DNA of 64,000 nucleotides. Source: Paraspadella gotoi. Lineage: Eukaryota > Animalia > Chaetognatha. Positions 12,343 through 24,616 of the stretch are shown piece after piece; position 1 is the stretch's first letter, and each line of letters begins with the position of its first letter. Under the pieces are notes generated by a model. The model searched no databases and was not told the origin of the DNA. It saw only the letters and a list, made by a program, of their open reading frames with translations. The position numbers were made by a program, and so were the translations under genes. The DNA is taken from positions 26,223,876 to 26,287,875 of the forward strand of contig CM119265.1 in the NCBI GenBank assembly GCA_051294375.1. Direction: 5' to 3'.

Positions 12343-13254
12343 AAAAAAAAGAAATCGGGCGGAAAGACTCCTCAGAAAACTTCTTTGGTTTGTGTGAAAG
12401 AAAAAAAAAGAAAAAAAGCAAACTGTTTAAAAAAAGCAAAAAAAGCAAAAATGTTGTAAGAAGAAACTACGGAAATAAATCAGACGCGAAACGAAGCGAA
12501 AAGAAGCGTTTGAGCTTCACGCTTTTCCTGGTTTCAAGTTTCACGTCATTTTGTGTATTTTTTAAAAAAATTATTTGAAAAAATTTTTACACAAATTTTT
12601 ACATTATTTTTTTCAAAATTTCAAATAGATATGACTGTTTTGGGAATTGTTTAAAAAAAAATCTTTAAACTTACTCGTAAAATTTAACTTTTTTTCATTT
12701 AAAACATTCCTAGTTAATTCTCATCTCACGGATCCAATTAAAACATTTTCGAGTTTTTTCAATTCGAACTTTTGCTCGTTTCCAACTTTCCTCATTTTCC
12801 AATTTTTCTTAATTTTCTTTCCTTTCCACCCTCATTTTCTTACCCCTCCTTTTTCCTTATTTTTTCCCCCCTTTCCCTTTAATTTTTTTCACCCTCTTCA
12901 CCCTAATTTTCTCATCAACTTTCCCACTAAATTTCCTCCCCTTCCTACCTTTTTTCTCCCCCTCTTCCACCTAATTTTCTTCCCCTTTTAATTTTCTCCC
13001 TCATTTTTTCCAGCTAATTTTTCCTCCCACCTTCCCTCTAATTTCTTTCCCCCTACCCCCTTTTTCTCTAATTTTCTAACCCTAATTTTTCCCCCTTATT
13101 TCCTACCCTCTACCTCCCCTTACCCCCCCACTTTGCCCCTTTAAAACTTTCTCGTCTCCTTCAATTTCAAAAATTCTCTCTTCCGAACGAATTCTTTCGC
13201 CTGAAAGAAAAAAACAGGAGATGTTGAGATTTGAAAACCCCGAAGTTTTTTCCC

Positions 13255-13745
13255 GCCGATGACGACGACGACGACAACGACGAATACGGCGAAGATGAAG
13301 GCGAAGACGACGACCACGACGACGACGACGATGAAGATGAAGGCGAAGACGACGACGACTACGAGGGCGACAACGATGATGAAGATGATGACGACGACAA
13401 CAAAGACGGCGAATAATACGTTGATGACGACAATGCCGAATTGGCGATGATGGTGATAGCGACGACGATGACGACGGCGACAACGATGACGACGGCGACG
13501 ACGATGACGACGGCAACGACGATGACGACGGCGACGACGATAAAAGCAAGGGCGAAAAAGATAAGGACAGATGCAAAGGTTGTTAAAGAAGTCACGGAAG
13601 TTATCTTCAGCTCACCGCCACGGGACAAAGTTAGAAGGATCGTCGAGCAAGAGCAAAGACAAGGAACAAGACGATGGTGACGGCAAAGGCGAAGTCAAGG
13701 GCGATGGCAAAGGCGATGGCAAAAGCGACGACGAAGACGAAAGAC
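13255..13745. repeat. Degenerate (GAC/GAT/ACG)n trinucleotide-derived repeat tract
   Basis: Gives poly-D/E and TTATTM low-complexity ORFs in several frames. Confidence 0.85.
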
Positions 13746-14025
13746 GAAAATCCCATCGGTTTTTGTTTTGGTTTTTCAGTGAAAGACGAAGGGCGAAGGC
13801 CGAAGATCTCTTCGTCTTTATGTCAGAATTTTTGTTAAAAAAGTTGAAAGTTTAATTTTTAGTTGTCGCCTTTTCCAGTTTTTCAACCCGTTGTATACAA
13901 ATTTCTGCACAACTAAATCCTTAGTTTTCACGCTCCGTGACAAAGTGAATTATTGGTGAGCTCATGTCAGCTCCGTTCTGCCATTTCTTTAAATTTTCAA
14001 TGCTCAAGTTTTTCGCCCTTTTCGG

Positions 14026-14270
14026 CCGTATTTTCCCTGAACGCCCCTTTTTATCTTAAATTCGGAATTATAGGAAATAGAGTTTGGGATAGAGTTTTGT
14101 GTTAGGAGTTAGAGTTCGAAATTAGGGATAAAAGGTTTGAGATTAGGTTAAGGATTAGGGTTATAAATTAGGTTATAAGTTATGATTAGATTATATGTTT
14201 AAAAATATATTTAGGCTAAATAAATTCTGGGATAAAGGAACAAAAATGGGGCGCTCTGCTAAGGAAATAC
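14026..14270. mobile_element. MITE-like element with imperfect ~25-bp TIRs and internal TTAGG/TTAGGG-like repeats
   Basis: tattttccctgaacgcccctttt ... aaaaatggggcgctctgctaaggaaata; interior ttagga, ttaggg, ttaggt repeated. Confidence 0.7.
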
Positions 14271-15931
14271 TTGTCAATGGATGAGAATTTCGAAGGAGAC
14301 GTCATAATTTTGACTCTATTCGCGAGGAAGGCCGTTCTATCAACGTCATAATTTTGACACTTAAAAAGTTAAACGGTTTCGGCGACGTCACTTTGCGAGA
14401 CAATTTTGTAAATGAGAAAATGAGTTAAAAACGTGAAAGTGAGACGATGGCGGAAAAGAAAAAGAAAAAAGAGCGAGAATGAGACAACGAAGAGATTCCG
14501 CGTCTTTTTCTTAGACTAAGATACAATACGAGACGTAGGTATTAACCAATCAACGCGTTTCCCGGTGTCCGCGTTGACGTATTGATGATTCCTTTAGCCA
14601 ATCACAGAAGCTCCTCTTCCAATTGAAATCGCGTGACCTCATTTGACCTTCGATTTTCCGACTGCATCGAGACCATGGAACGCGGTTGCAATCCAACGAC
14701 TTTTTGCCTTCGAGCTGCAATTGAAAAATGGGAAAAACGACGACGACAAAACCCCTTGCGGTCGCCATTGCGTAGAAGTACAAGAATCATTTTTCTTTAT
14801 CCTTTCTTTTATCTTTCTTTTAGTCCATTTCCTTTTTTTCATCCTGCTTACTTTACTTTTCCTTTTTTCTATCTCTCTGTCGGCCATCACTCCACCGCTG
14901 CCACCACATTTAAGTAAGAAGACAGAGATTTCAGGATGAAACCAAAAGTGGAATTTATTGATAGAAAAACAGACAAGAAGACGTTGTCAATTTTGGACAG
15001 AATATTCAGATACAAAATCTACAGCTATTTATACAATGAAATTGGATCAGAGACGTGGGTAGAATTTCCTGGCGGATGGAAGCCCATCCGCCTATTGGCC
15101 GGTTCCATCTGGGTCTCGACCAATCAGAGAGCTTGATTCTAATATCTCCTGTAATGACTCCATTCCTTTCCATTTTGTTCATCTTTCACACCTTCTCTTT
15201 ATCTCACTGCATTCACTCCTCTCTTTCTCACACTCTTCACTTTCTCTCTCTCTCTTCTCTCACCATCAAGTATCCAAATTGTGAGTCCAACACGAGTTCA
15301 ATTATCTTTTTCCCTGAAATATTCACAGAAACTCTTCTCCTAATATTTTTTTTTCTAGTTCGGATCTTTTATTCACTTCGCGTCGACTCACATTCATTAT
15401 TCACTAATTCGACGCCGGACGCTCATTCATTTTTCGTGAATTCGGCGCCTGTGATGTTTGTTCACACCGATTCGGAGTTGGTTAATGAGAGAACAGGCTG
15501 GGGCGTGAAAATGGCAACGATGAATTTTGGCTTCCATTTGAGGACGAACAAAAAAAAACGGGATTTAATTTCAACAATTTATTTTGACAAAAAAAATAAG
15601 TTTTAGGCTGTTAAATAATAAATATATAGATAGTGCAGAAATTATGTTATTTTTATGCCTCAAGGTGTCGCGTTTTCAAGACGTCGCCCGTTTAAAGAGT
15701 ACGATGTGAGTCTTTGGATAATAATCGTTTTATTAATATTAATATCATCAAAAACCAGTAGAAACTTTACTCTATCGGGCAGAATCTAACCTAATTCGAT
15801 CAACTTCAAGAGATTGGATAACAACTTCATAAGTACATAAATATTAACCTTAAAAGGTCAGGTTAAATCTCTAAAAATGTCTGGTCATTGAAGTTGACCG
15901 ACTGAATATGAGAGTGGCGAAGCATCTTATT

Positions 15932-15963
<32 letters not shown>

Positions 15964-15988
15964 TCTCTCTCTCTCTCTCTCTCTCTCT

Positions 15989-16028
<40 letters not shown>

Positions 16029-16119
16029 AGATAATAATGACTATCGAATAGCTTCAATAAAGTAAAACGAAGATGATCTTACGAGTACCTCGTATCTACT
16101 ATCAAAGAAGTGATCCATC

Positions 16120-16174
<55 letters not shown>

Positions 16175-16989
16175 GAAATTCCATCAACGAGACCGAAATG
16201 AATTTTTCTTTTCGAGGAGAATTCGGGGGGGGGGCGGAGGTAGGGACTATGATGACAGATTTCGGGGACTGGGACAAAAAAAGTGGGGATCACATTAGAA
16301 ACGACCGAATCGCAGATGCCGAAAAAAGAGAAGGTGCAGGGTCAAGGAAGAGCAGCTGGGTAAGGCCGAGAAAGGGGCAGAGAGAGTTCAGTAAAAGTTT
16401 GATCGACTGACCAGATGGGGAGAAAGCGACTGAGTAAGTCGAAAGATCGATCAAATAACCCATTAATAAACCGAATTAACAGGATACTTTGTATATGAAA
16501 AAGTGACTTTTCTACGTCAAAGATACTTTTCGTGTTAATGATGCAGATCACTGAATATAGTTGAGAGTCTATTTAAACATAATTAGCATATTATTGTCAT
16601 TATTTTTAAAAAAAATTAATTTTCATTAATTTTCAAATAAAACAATTCAACAAACAGCTAACTTCTAATCTTTTTGCCTCATTTTTTAAATATAATATAA
16701 AAATCCACTCTCATCATCCGAACCACAATATTTATTTTTTTTGTCAATGCACAAAAAAAAACAAAAAAAAAACAAAAAAAAAAAAAAAAAAAAACCAAAA
16801 TCTATTTTCGCGACTTAACGGATTTTCGATCGAATATTTTTTTCTCTTCTCCTTATTCCTTATATTCTCTTATCTTTTCCTTCCACTTTTTCCTCCTTTT
16901 CCTTATATCAATTTCTTTACTTTTTTCTTTTCTGTTTCCTTCTTTTTTCTCTTTTTTTCGAATAGAATAGTTTCCCGGTTCCATCAAGT

Positions 16990-17495
16990 TTCTACTCTCT
17001 CTCAACGCTCTCATCAGTTTTCACTCTCATTGGTTTCCACTCTCAACGATTTCCACTCCCAAAAGTTTTCACTCATTGGTTTCCAATCTCAACGAATTAA
17101 GCTCTCACCGATTTTCACTCTCAAATGTTTTCACTCTCAACGATTTCCACTCTCAAGTTTTTACTACTACCGGTTTCCATTCTTAACTTTATCCTTTTTC
17201 GACAGTTTCCACTCTCAACTCTCAACTCTTGCAAAGAGATTAAAGAGATTAAAATATCAACAGTTTCCACTCTCAACGGTTTCTACTCTCAACGGTATCC
17301 GGTCCCAACAGTTTCCCAACATTTAGCACTCGCTATGGTTTCCACTCTCAACATTTAGCAATCTCTATGGTTTTCACTCTCAACGGTTTCTACTCTCAAC
17401 AATATCTGGTCCCACAGTTTCCGCTCTCAACATTCAGCAGTTGCTATGTTTTCCACTATCAACATTTAGAATTCTCTATGGTTTCCACTCTCAAA
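16990..17495. repeat. Degenerate 16-bp minisatellite (ggtttccactctcaac)n with 32-bp higher-order units
   Basis: Core tttccactctcaa recurs many times; catttagca...ctatggtttccactctcaa units at 17320-17495. Confidence 0.9.
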
Positions 17496-17589
17496 GATTT
17501 CTAACCGAAGAACTTCCTTAACCAACGAAGTCGATCTCAATTGAGAACAAAGTTTCTTCCTTTCGTCTTTCCCATTTCTTCGGAACACT

Positions 17590-17820
17590 TATCAAGCTTT
17601 CCTTACTTTTATAAGCTTTTCTTACTTTCATCAAGCTTTCCTTACTTCCATCAATCTTTCCTTAGTTTCATCAAGCTTTCCTTAGTTTCATCAAGCTTTC
17701 CTTACTTCCATCAAGCTTTTCTTACTTTCATCAAGCTTTCCTTACTTTCATCAAGCTTTTCCTACTTTCATCAAAGTTTTCCTACTTTGACCAAGCTTTT
17801 CTTTCTTTTAACAAGCTCTA
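17590..17820. repeat. 20-bp tandem minisatellite (tcaagctttccttactttca)n
   Basis: About 10 adjacent copies. Confidence 0.95.
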
Positions 17821-20254
17821 CCTTCTCTTCTTAGTTAAACTTTCAAGTAAAGTATCTCTTTCCCTACATCATCTTCATTCCCTTACCCAATCACCTCACC
17901 CAATCACCTCCCCCAATCCTTTACGAGGTCTGAATCCATGAAATTGCGTTTCCCGCGCTTTTCCCCAATATGACCCCGACTTCCCTTCATTTGACCCAAC
18001 CAAAGATTCTCCACATTTTGGATCGACCCCTGGAAGAAGAAGTTTCCTCCTCCGAGTAAGTTTCCTCTCCTTATGTGTCAGGGCGATGGGTAAGTTCGTC
18101 CGCGGAATGAGGCGACCGGGAAGAAAAAAAGAAAGAAGAAAAAAAGTTTTCTTTTTTTTTTTACTTTTTGACTCTCGGAATTTGGGAAAGGTTGGCTTGG
18201 GAAAATATAAAAAAAGTAAACTTTCTATGAAATTGGTACATTATACAATATTACACATTACATTACCCATTACAACATTATTCAATAATATACATTTATT
18301 CTATAAGAAAAGCTAGAGTGCCCTTGGCATTGGACAAGCTTTGGCTGGTTAAGGCCTTAATTCTTCGTAGCAAGACCATGCAAGCTTTCAATTAAGACTC
18401 TGACAATTTAGTTTATTAACTCCCGGAGTGCGAGGCTTCCTTTGAGATATAAGAGATATAAAATGTTTTTATCTGTGTTAAAATTAGATAAAACGAACAC
18501 TTCCCACGTAGCTAAACACAAGTAGCTGACTGTTTTAATTTTTAAAAAAAATTGTTTAAATTTTTCAGTTCTTATTATTTCAATTCAGCCCTGCATTTTG
18601 ATATGTGTATAAATTTTATACATTTCCTATATTTCGACTATCTGTAATTTCTCTCCAAAAAATTTTATATACAAACAGTCAGCGAAAATATTTTTTTGTT
18701 TGTTTTTAAGTTTTCTTTAAAATGTTAAATTTTGCATTATATATATGAACTATTTTAAAGTTGTTGATTTCTTTTCTAACTGAAAGCCAACCGACAATTC
18801 ATTGAGCTAGAAGCCAGCCGACAAAAATACTTTCTTTCTCTAGCCTCACGACTCTGTCGACCCAGAAAGTCGACCGACAAGAGTCGACATCTTTAGCCCA
18901 CCGAGGAAATAACCCTCCATCTATCGTGAGGCGCCGGTGACTGTTGCCCTCCGCCCTCCACATTCTGCTCTTCACACTTTCCCTTTCTCTTTCTCTTTCT
19001 CTTTCCTCTTTCCCTTTCCCTTTCTCTTTCCTCTTTCCCTTTCCCATTCCTTTTCCCTTTCCCATTACCTTTCCCTTTCCTCTCAACCTCCTTCACGTCA
19101 TGCATCAATACGAAAATCCTCTTTTTCTTAGAAATAAGATTTTCTCCAACAAAAAAAAGTTACATTTTTTCCCCGTTTCTATCATTTTTTTTTTATGAGA
19201 TTCATAGCGTCCATCTGCGAACAAAAATAGGAAATAAAAAAAACCTTTTTTTGTGCAGAAAAAAATCTGAGCCGGGATTTCGTTTGCTTTTGTGTTCGGT
19301 ATATTTATTTTTGGAAATACATATATATAGTACTTTACTTTGATAATACGCAAAAAATACAAGAATTTTTTAGAATGCTGATAAACATTATTATCTCCGC
19401 CTGAACATTTAATCACTAAAAACGCAAAATCATAAATCTTTGTTTTTTGTCATATTTTTTTCTTTTTATCGGTTTAATCGTAATTTAGATTCTCCTCTAT
19501 TTTCGAGTTCGACTCACCTGAGATAAGACGTCGCCTTTCCGCTGGGTAAGTTTGAAGCTTTTCCAAAAACCATTCCCACCTTTTTCCCCATCAGAAAAAG
19601 AAAATCGTAGCGGAAAGAAAATTTGAAGATGGAATTTTGGAGGATGAAGTTGATGGAGGAAGAAGAAGAAAAAGGAGGAAAGAAAAGTGGAGGTAAAAGG
19701 AAAAAGGAAAGGGAAGAGAAGGAAGAAAGAAATATAGATTGAGAGAGAAAAAGAAAGAAAGACTGAAAGACATTAAGATGGAAAGAAATAAATAAAAATG
19801 GACGGAAAGAAAGAAAGAAAAATGGAAAGAAAAAAAGAAAGAAAGAAAAAAAGTAAAAAAATAAAGAAAAAAGAAAGGAAAAAAGAGAGAAAAGAAAAGA
19901 AAAATCAAAACAGAAAAGAGAAAAAGAGAAAGAAAGAAAGAAAGAAAGAAACAAAAGAAAAATACTATTAAAAGAAAGAAATTAAGAAAAAAACCAAAAA
20001 GAAAAAAAAAGATATAAAAAAAGAAAACGTGAAAAGAAGAGCACAGTAGAGACGAAGGGAAAAAAAGAAAAAAAAAGGAAAAAAAAGGAAGGATTTATTT
20101 CGGATTTAGAAGATAAAATCACAAGTTTTTTCCCCTCAAATCAAAGGGGGGCGAGGTGGGGGGGCGAGGAGGGGGGCGGGGGTTGTGAGACGAGGTTGAA
20201 CGAGGGAATAAAGTCTGAGGTTGAAGACGATCGCTTCGAAACGATTTTGTCCGT

Positions 20255-20290
20255 GAACCGCAAGGTCTCGCGTTCGATTCCTACCATAAG
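20255..20290 (+). other. tRNA-like B-box fragment (possible tRNA-derived SINE relic)
   Basis: aaccgcaaggtctcgcgttcgattcctacc resembles a tRNA variable loop/T-arm (GGTTCGATTCC); no full cloverleaf or clear A-box. Confidence 0.3.
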
Positions 20291-21199
20291 TAGATCGCTG
20301 AAATTTGAATTTATTGTTTTTGTATTATAAAAAAAAGATTTTAATTTATAATTTTTAATTCTTAAAAAAAAAAACCATTTTAGTTTATAATTATTAATTG
20401 ATGAAAAGGAGAGTTTAGGTTATAATTTTGAAATTAAAAAAAGATATTTTGATTTTAAATATTTAATTCATTAACATGAGATTTGAGTTAGATGTTTTAT
20501 AATTTATGATAGGTTATTACGTCTGTTTAATCTCATTTAGGTTCCGTGAGGGAGATTTTGAGGGATTTACTAGATCTGCTATGTGTTCACGTGATGTGAC
20601 CTCGTGACCTTTGCGAATCTGTTGACTTTGAACCTTGGAAAAGTTTAGCTTTTTAACAGTTGGTGAACAAGAGTATTAGTGATTAATATAAGTGATTAGT
20701 ATTAGTATTAGTGAGTACTCTTTGTGATGGGTAGAGATAAATATAAATGATTAATCACTAAGAAAAATGAAGATCGAAGTCCAATGAAATGGATTCCAAC
20801 TTCCATGTGAAAGAACAAATGTTTTTTTACCCTTCTTCACTTCAGCCGTTCGACGACGACGACGACAACAACACAACCGCGCAATGACTTATAATCTCTT
20901 ATGAAATAATTACAACTAATATTCAAATTATTTATTTCATTTAATAAACAATCCATCTTGTCGCGGACTATTAATTTACACAAGATTTATACAATATTAT
21001 ACATAAGTTTTAATTTCATTTCCTGTAACTTTTATAAAACCTAAAAGATAGCCAATTCTTTTAAAACGTATTATAATATACCACTTTCAGATTATTAACA
21101 AAGAAACATTTGTTTGAGATTAGTGTATTCTTAAACCAGTAATCAATTGCTTTTTATTTTCTCTCCCATCCCCTTAATCTTCACCCCCGCTCTCTCTTT

Positions 21200-21478
21200 T
21201 TAATTTCCTTTTATCGTCTTCTCTATCCAACCCACGTAGGACGTCACCCTCGTAAACACAGACGGCACTCCCTTCGTTTCGCAACTCCGCGAACCGAACG
21301 ACGTCACCCCGACGACGGTCCACGCGTCGCCGTCGCCCCGGCAGACCAGCGGGCCGCCGGAGTCGCCGGTGCAGCTGCCGACGTCGCCGTTGCCGAAGCA
21401 GTAGTGGCCGAACCGGTCGATCAAGGCTTCGTTCCAGGCGGCGGCGCAGTCGATGTAGGACCAGATGTTGGAGGAGAC
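21200..21478 (-). CDS. Serine protease exon 4 (catalytic Ser, stop)
   Basis: Acceptor ccatcag|; encodes [11 protein letters not shown]...GDSGGPLVC...WIEKTIKGN*. Confidence 0.95.
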   Translation of the reverse strand, partial: VSSNIWSYIDCAAAWNEALIDRFGHYCFGNGDVGSCTGDSGGPLVCRGDGDAWTVVGVTSFGSRSCETKGVPSVFTRVTSYVGWIEKTIKGN

Positions 21479-22594
21479 CTGATGGGGAGAGATTTGGAAG
21501 GGATGTTTGAAGACGAGTTGGAGTGTGGTTTGGATTGAATAGATGGTTGAAATTAGAAATATAAATTATTAAAGGAAATCTATAAAATTTGAAACGTTGA
21601 ATGGTGAAATTCTTTGGTTGATTACATTTGTTACATGAGATTATGTTATGCGGAGATACAAAAATAAATACCATTACACATCATTACGCATTACACAGCA
21701 TATTACACATTATCCACCTTCATTCACTCGCCTCTTGCATGACGTATCGATTCTGGTCCATCAGGGTCCTGCCCCATCCCGTGACCACGCAATTCTCTCT
21801 GCCTTCGTAATTGGCGCCCGATTTGGGGAGGCAAGCGGGATGAGCCTTTAATCGGGGAACGTGAAGATGTTGGGAAAATTTGAGATTTCGTAGTCACGTG
21901 ATATCACTACTGGATACGACTGTTCCTTCAGTCAGCGTCGCGATAGCGCGCTGGGCTAACGCTTTGTCTCCGTACGCAATGGTTTCCGGTAATATCCCTT
22001 GTATAAACGGCCGTTGCAAAACAGAGACGGCCCGTTTAAACCACCCGCCGGATCCGAAGTTCCGGAAAGAAAGGCAACTGACGGAAAAATCTCCCAGACC
22101 CGCTGGGCACATTATGTGCGGGGGCTATTCACAAACGGAGAGGCACGGCGATCCTCTCTTCTCTCGGTCACTTCAAATTTAAGGATGTAAAGATGAAAGA
22201 ACTAGGATTAAATTAAATCAATTACGTTCGAAGCCATTGCAATTCCAATTTCCGTTTGGAATCGCAGTTCCGGTTTTCTTCCCTCAAATAACATTTAGAT
22301 AAGCATTTTTAGACATTTGAGACATTTAACGGATTTGAGAGATTAAGACGAAATCCATTTGAAATGAAATCGACTTGGCCGACGTTTGCAATCAGCGAAA
22401 CGCCAATCACCCAATGACAAACGACAAACGGAGAATAATTGGTCCAAATGTCGAAATTCAATGTCGCGTGACAAATTTTTTGTCGGAAAAGGATTTAAAG
22501 TTGGATGAGAAAAAATGAGGAGAAAAAAAAAGGATAAAAGGAAAAAGGAAAAAAAAATCAATTCTAACTCTAATCCTTTTCTTGTCAAAGTCTC

Positions 22595-22668
<74 letters not shown>

Positions 22669-23232
22669 ACTCTCTTCCAATCGATCTATCTCCACAAATT
22701 TCCTTTCTTCCCTTTAACTCTCAACCGCCTTTTCTTCTCTTCATAAAATTTACTAATTAATCTTATTATGTATATATGTGTAAAAACTCTTTCTCTCTTT
22801 TCATATTTTAAAAGAACGATTTTCGAAAAGCAGTCTAATCTGAAAATTGTTTAGTGAAATCTATTCTAACTTTCCATAACCATAGGCAAGGATATATATA
22901 AGGTGTGGATAAAAAATTACGAAAAAAACAAAATCAATCAATTTTGACATTTTTACAATAAAATTCAGACTCTCTCAAACAAATTCATAAGGACTTTTCT
23001 CTACTTCTACTTAGCGAGTTGATTTCTTTTTACCGCAGACACATTTGACTCAAACTCATTTGCGTTTTTTTCTTCTTCTTCTTCCTCCTCCTCCTCCTCC
23101 TCCTCCTCCTCTTGATTTCTCAATCCGAGGAGATTTTTACAGATTCGGATTTGCTCTTTTTTTTTCTCTCACCTCTACAGGGCTCCTCCCTTTTCTTCCA
23201 GATAAACCTCTCTCTCTCTCTCTCTTCTCTCT

Positions 23233-23310
<78 letters not shown>

Positions 23311-23920
23311 TCTCTCGGGTGAGTTTTCATTGCTCACGATCGTTAAACTCAGAAGCGAAAGACTTTTCAGGAGTGAAGCAGAGAGGAAAAATGGAGAATA
23401 AGAAAACAATTTAAAAAAATATATTTTATTAAAAATTAATTATAAAAAATTAAAAAAAGGATAAAAATATGAAATACAAAAATAGTAAATATTAATAATA
23501 AAACACGATTTAATGATCTAGAACATTAGCATACCCACAAAAAAAAACATAGTTTGATACTATTCTATTAAATTCTTTTCATAATTCTTATAATTTAAGG
23601 TAGCTTATGGTAGAAACAAAATACTGAACTCTCGGAGCAATGACACAATGACATAAGTTAAAAGGTAAAAAAAAAACCTTTGATCAAATCCGTTCAATAC
23701 AGAATTCTCGCAAAAAAGATTCCAAAAGAAATGGTCGAGCTTTATTTTCGGTTCGACCCAGAAAAGTGTTTTTTTTTTTTTGCTCTCGCTCTCGCTCTCA
23801 CTCGCTCTCGCTCTCGCTCCCTCTCCCTCGCTCCCTCTCGCTCCCTTTCGCTTTTGCTTGCCTCTTTTGTTGAACTCGAATTGCGTTCCTCTCGGACAGA
23901 CACAATCTTTGATTGTTCGC

Positions 23921-23994
<74 letters not shown>

Positions 23995-24562
23995 TCCTCT
24001 CTCTCTCTCTCGCTCTCTCTCCTGCCACCCTACCCCCACCTTAGTGGGCGTGGCCAGCTTGATGAGCGCGATATCGTTGGGTCCCGCGCCTCCGATGTAC
24101 GACGGATGCCTGATAATCTTCTCCACTTTGATCTCTTCCTCATACGGATCTTTTTTGGTAATGTCGTATTCCCCGGATGCGACTTGAAAGTGCGGTGGAT
24201 TTCGGTTGTAGTCGAAACAGTGCGCGGCGGTGAGAATCCATCTCGGGGCGATTACCGTCCCTCCGCAAAAATGGCGGAAGAGTCCGGGTCTTGGAACGGA
24301 GGAACGTAGGAACAAAGGAAACGAAAGGCAAAATATGTAAATGGTAGAAGTACATATTTTAAAAATAAACAAAAAGGCAAACACAAAAATGTCCCATCTT
24401 TCATCGTCACCTGACTTCAGTCCTCAATGAGATCTGCCAAGGCCACGCCCCTTTAGCCGCTGCGTGGCCGCCGATCACCAGATGGTTAGGGGAAATCCCG
24501 CAAGATGTCGCCCACGCCGCCGACGTCAGAAATCCCAACAAAAGAACAGCGGAGAAAAACAT
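21200..24562 (-). CDS. Secreted S1A (trypsin/chymotrypsin-fold) serine protease, 4 coding exons: 24562-24411, 24289-24040, 21845-21732, 21478-21200; 264 aa
   Basis: Joined exons (152+250+114+279=795 nt, phases 2/0/0 consistent) give signal peptide [18 protein letters not shown], pro-segment [10 protein letters not shown], mature start [18 protein letters not shown], then [14 protein letters not shown] (His), NDIALIKL (Asp), [25 protein letters not shown] (Ser), VGVTSFG, PSVFTRV..WI. Confidence 0.95.
21732..21845 (-). CDS. Serine protease exon 3
   Basis: Acceptor ttaaag|; encodes [38 protein letters not shown]; donor GAG|GCGAGT (GC). Confidence 0.9.
24040..24289 (-). CDS. Serine protease exon 2 (catalytic His and Asp)
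   Basis: Acceptor ttccaag|, donor AAG|GTGGGG; encodes [10 protein letters not shown]...TAAHC...[13 protein letters not shown]. Confidence 0.93.
24411..24562 (-). CDS. Serine protease exon 1 (signal peptide, propeptide, VIGG)
   Basis: ATG at 24562; donor AG|GTGACG. Confidence 0.9.
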
Positions 24563-24610
24563 TTTTCGTTGGGATATTCGTTCAAAATTTTTCTCTCGAA
24601 AAAAAATTCG

Positions 24611-24616
24611 TTTATA
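24611..24616 (-). promoter_or_regulatory. Candidate TATA box of the protease gene
   Basis: TATAAA on the minus strand ~50 nt upstream of the ATG; GATA motifs at ~24690 and ~24709. The AT-rich context makes a chance match likely. Confidence 0.3.

Noticed and set aside
13103-13855. Acidic/His-rich/Thr-rich ORFs
   Set aside because: Arise from GAC-type trinucleotide repeats open in several frames on both strands; no clear splice or domain support.
16990-17495. CRISPR-like repeat-spacer appearance (recurring tttccactctcaa with variable gaps)
   Set aside because: The intervening segments are themselves decayed repeat units with 16/32-bp periodicity; eukaryotic context, no cas genes.
21890-22180. 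RNase P/MRP RNA or twister ribozyme identity for the intronic structured block
   Set aside because: Partial look-alikes (gggtctgggag; ggggctattcac; gccggatccgaagttccgg) lack their required pairing partners (CR-V/CR-I, twister pseudoknots).
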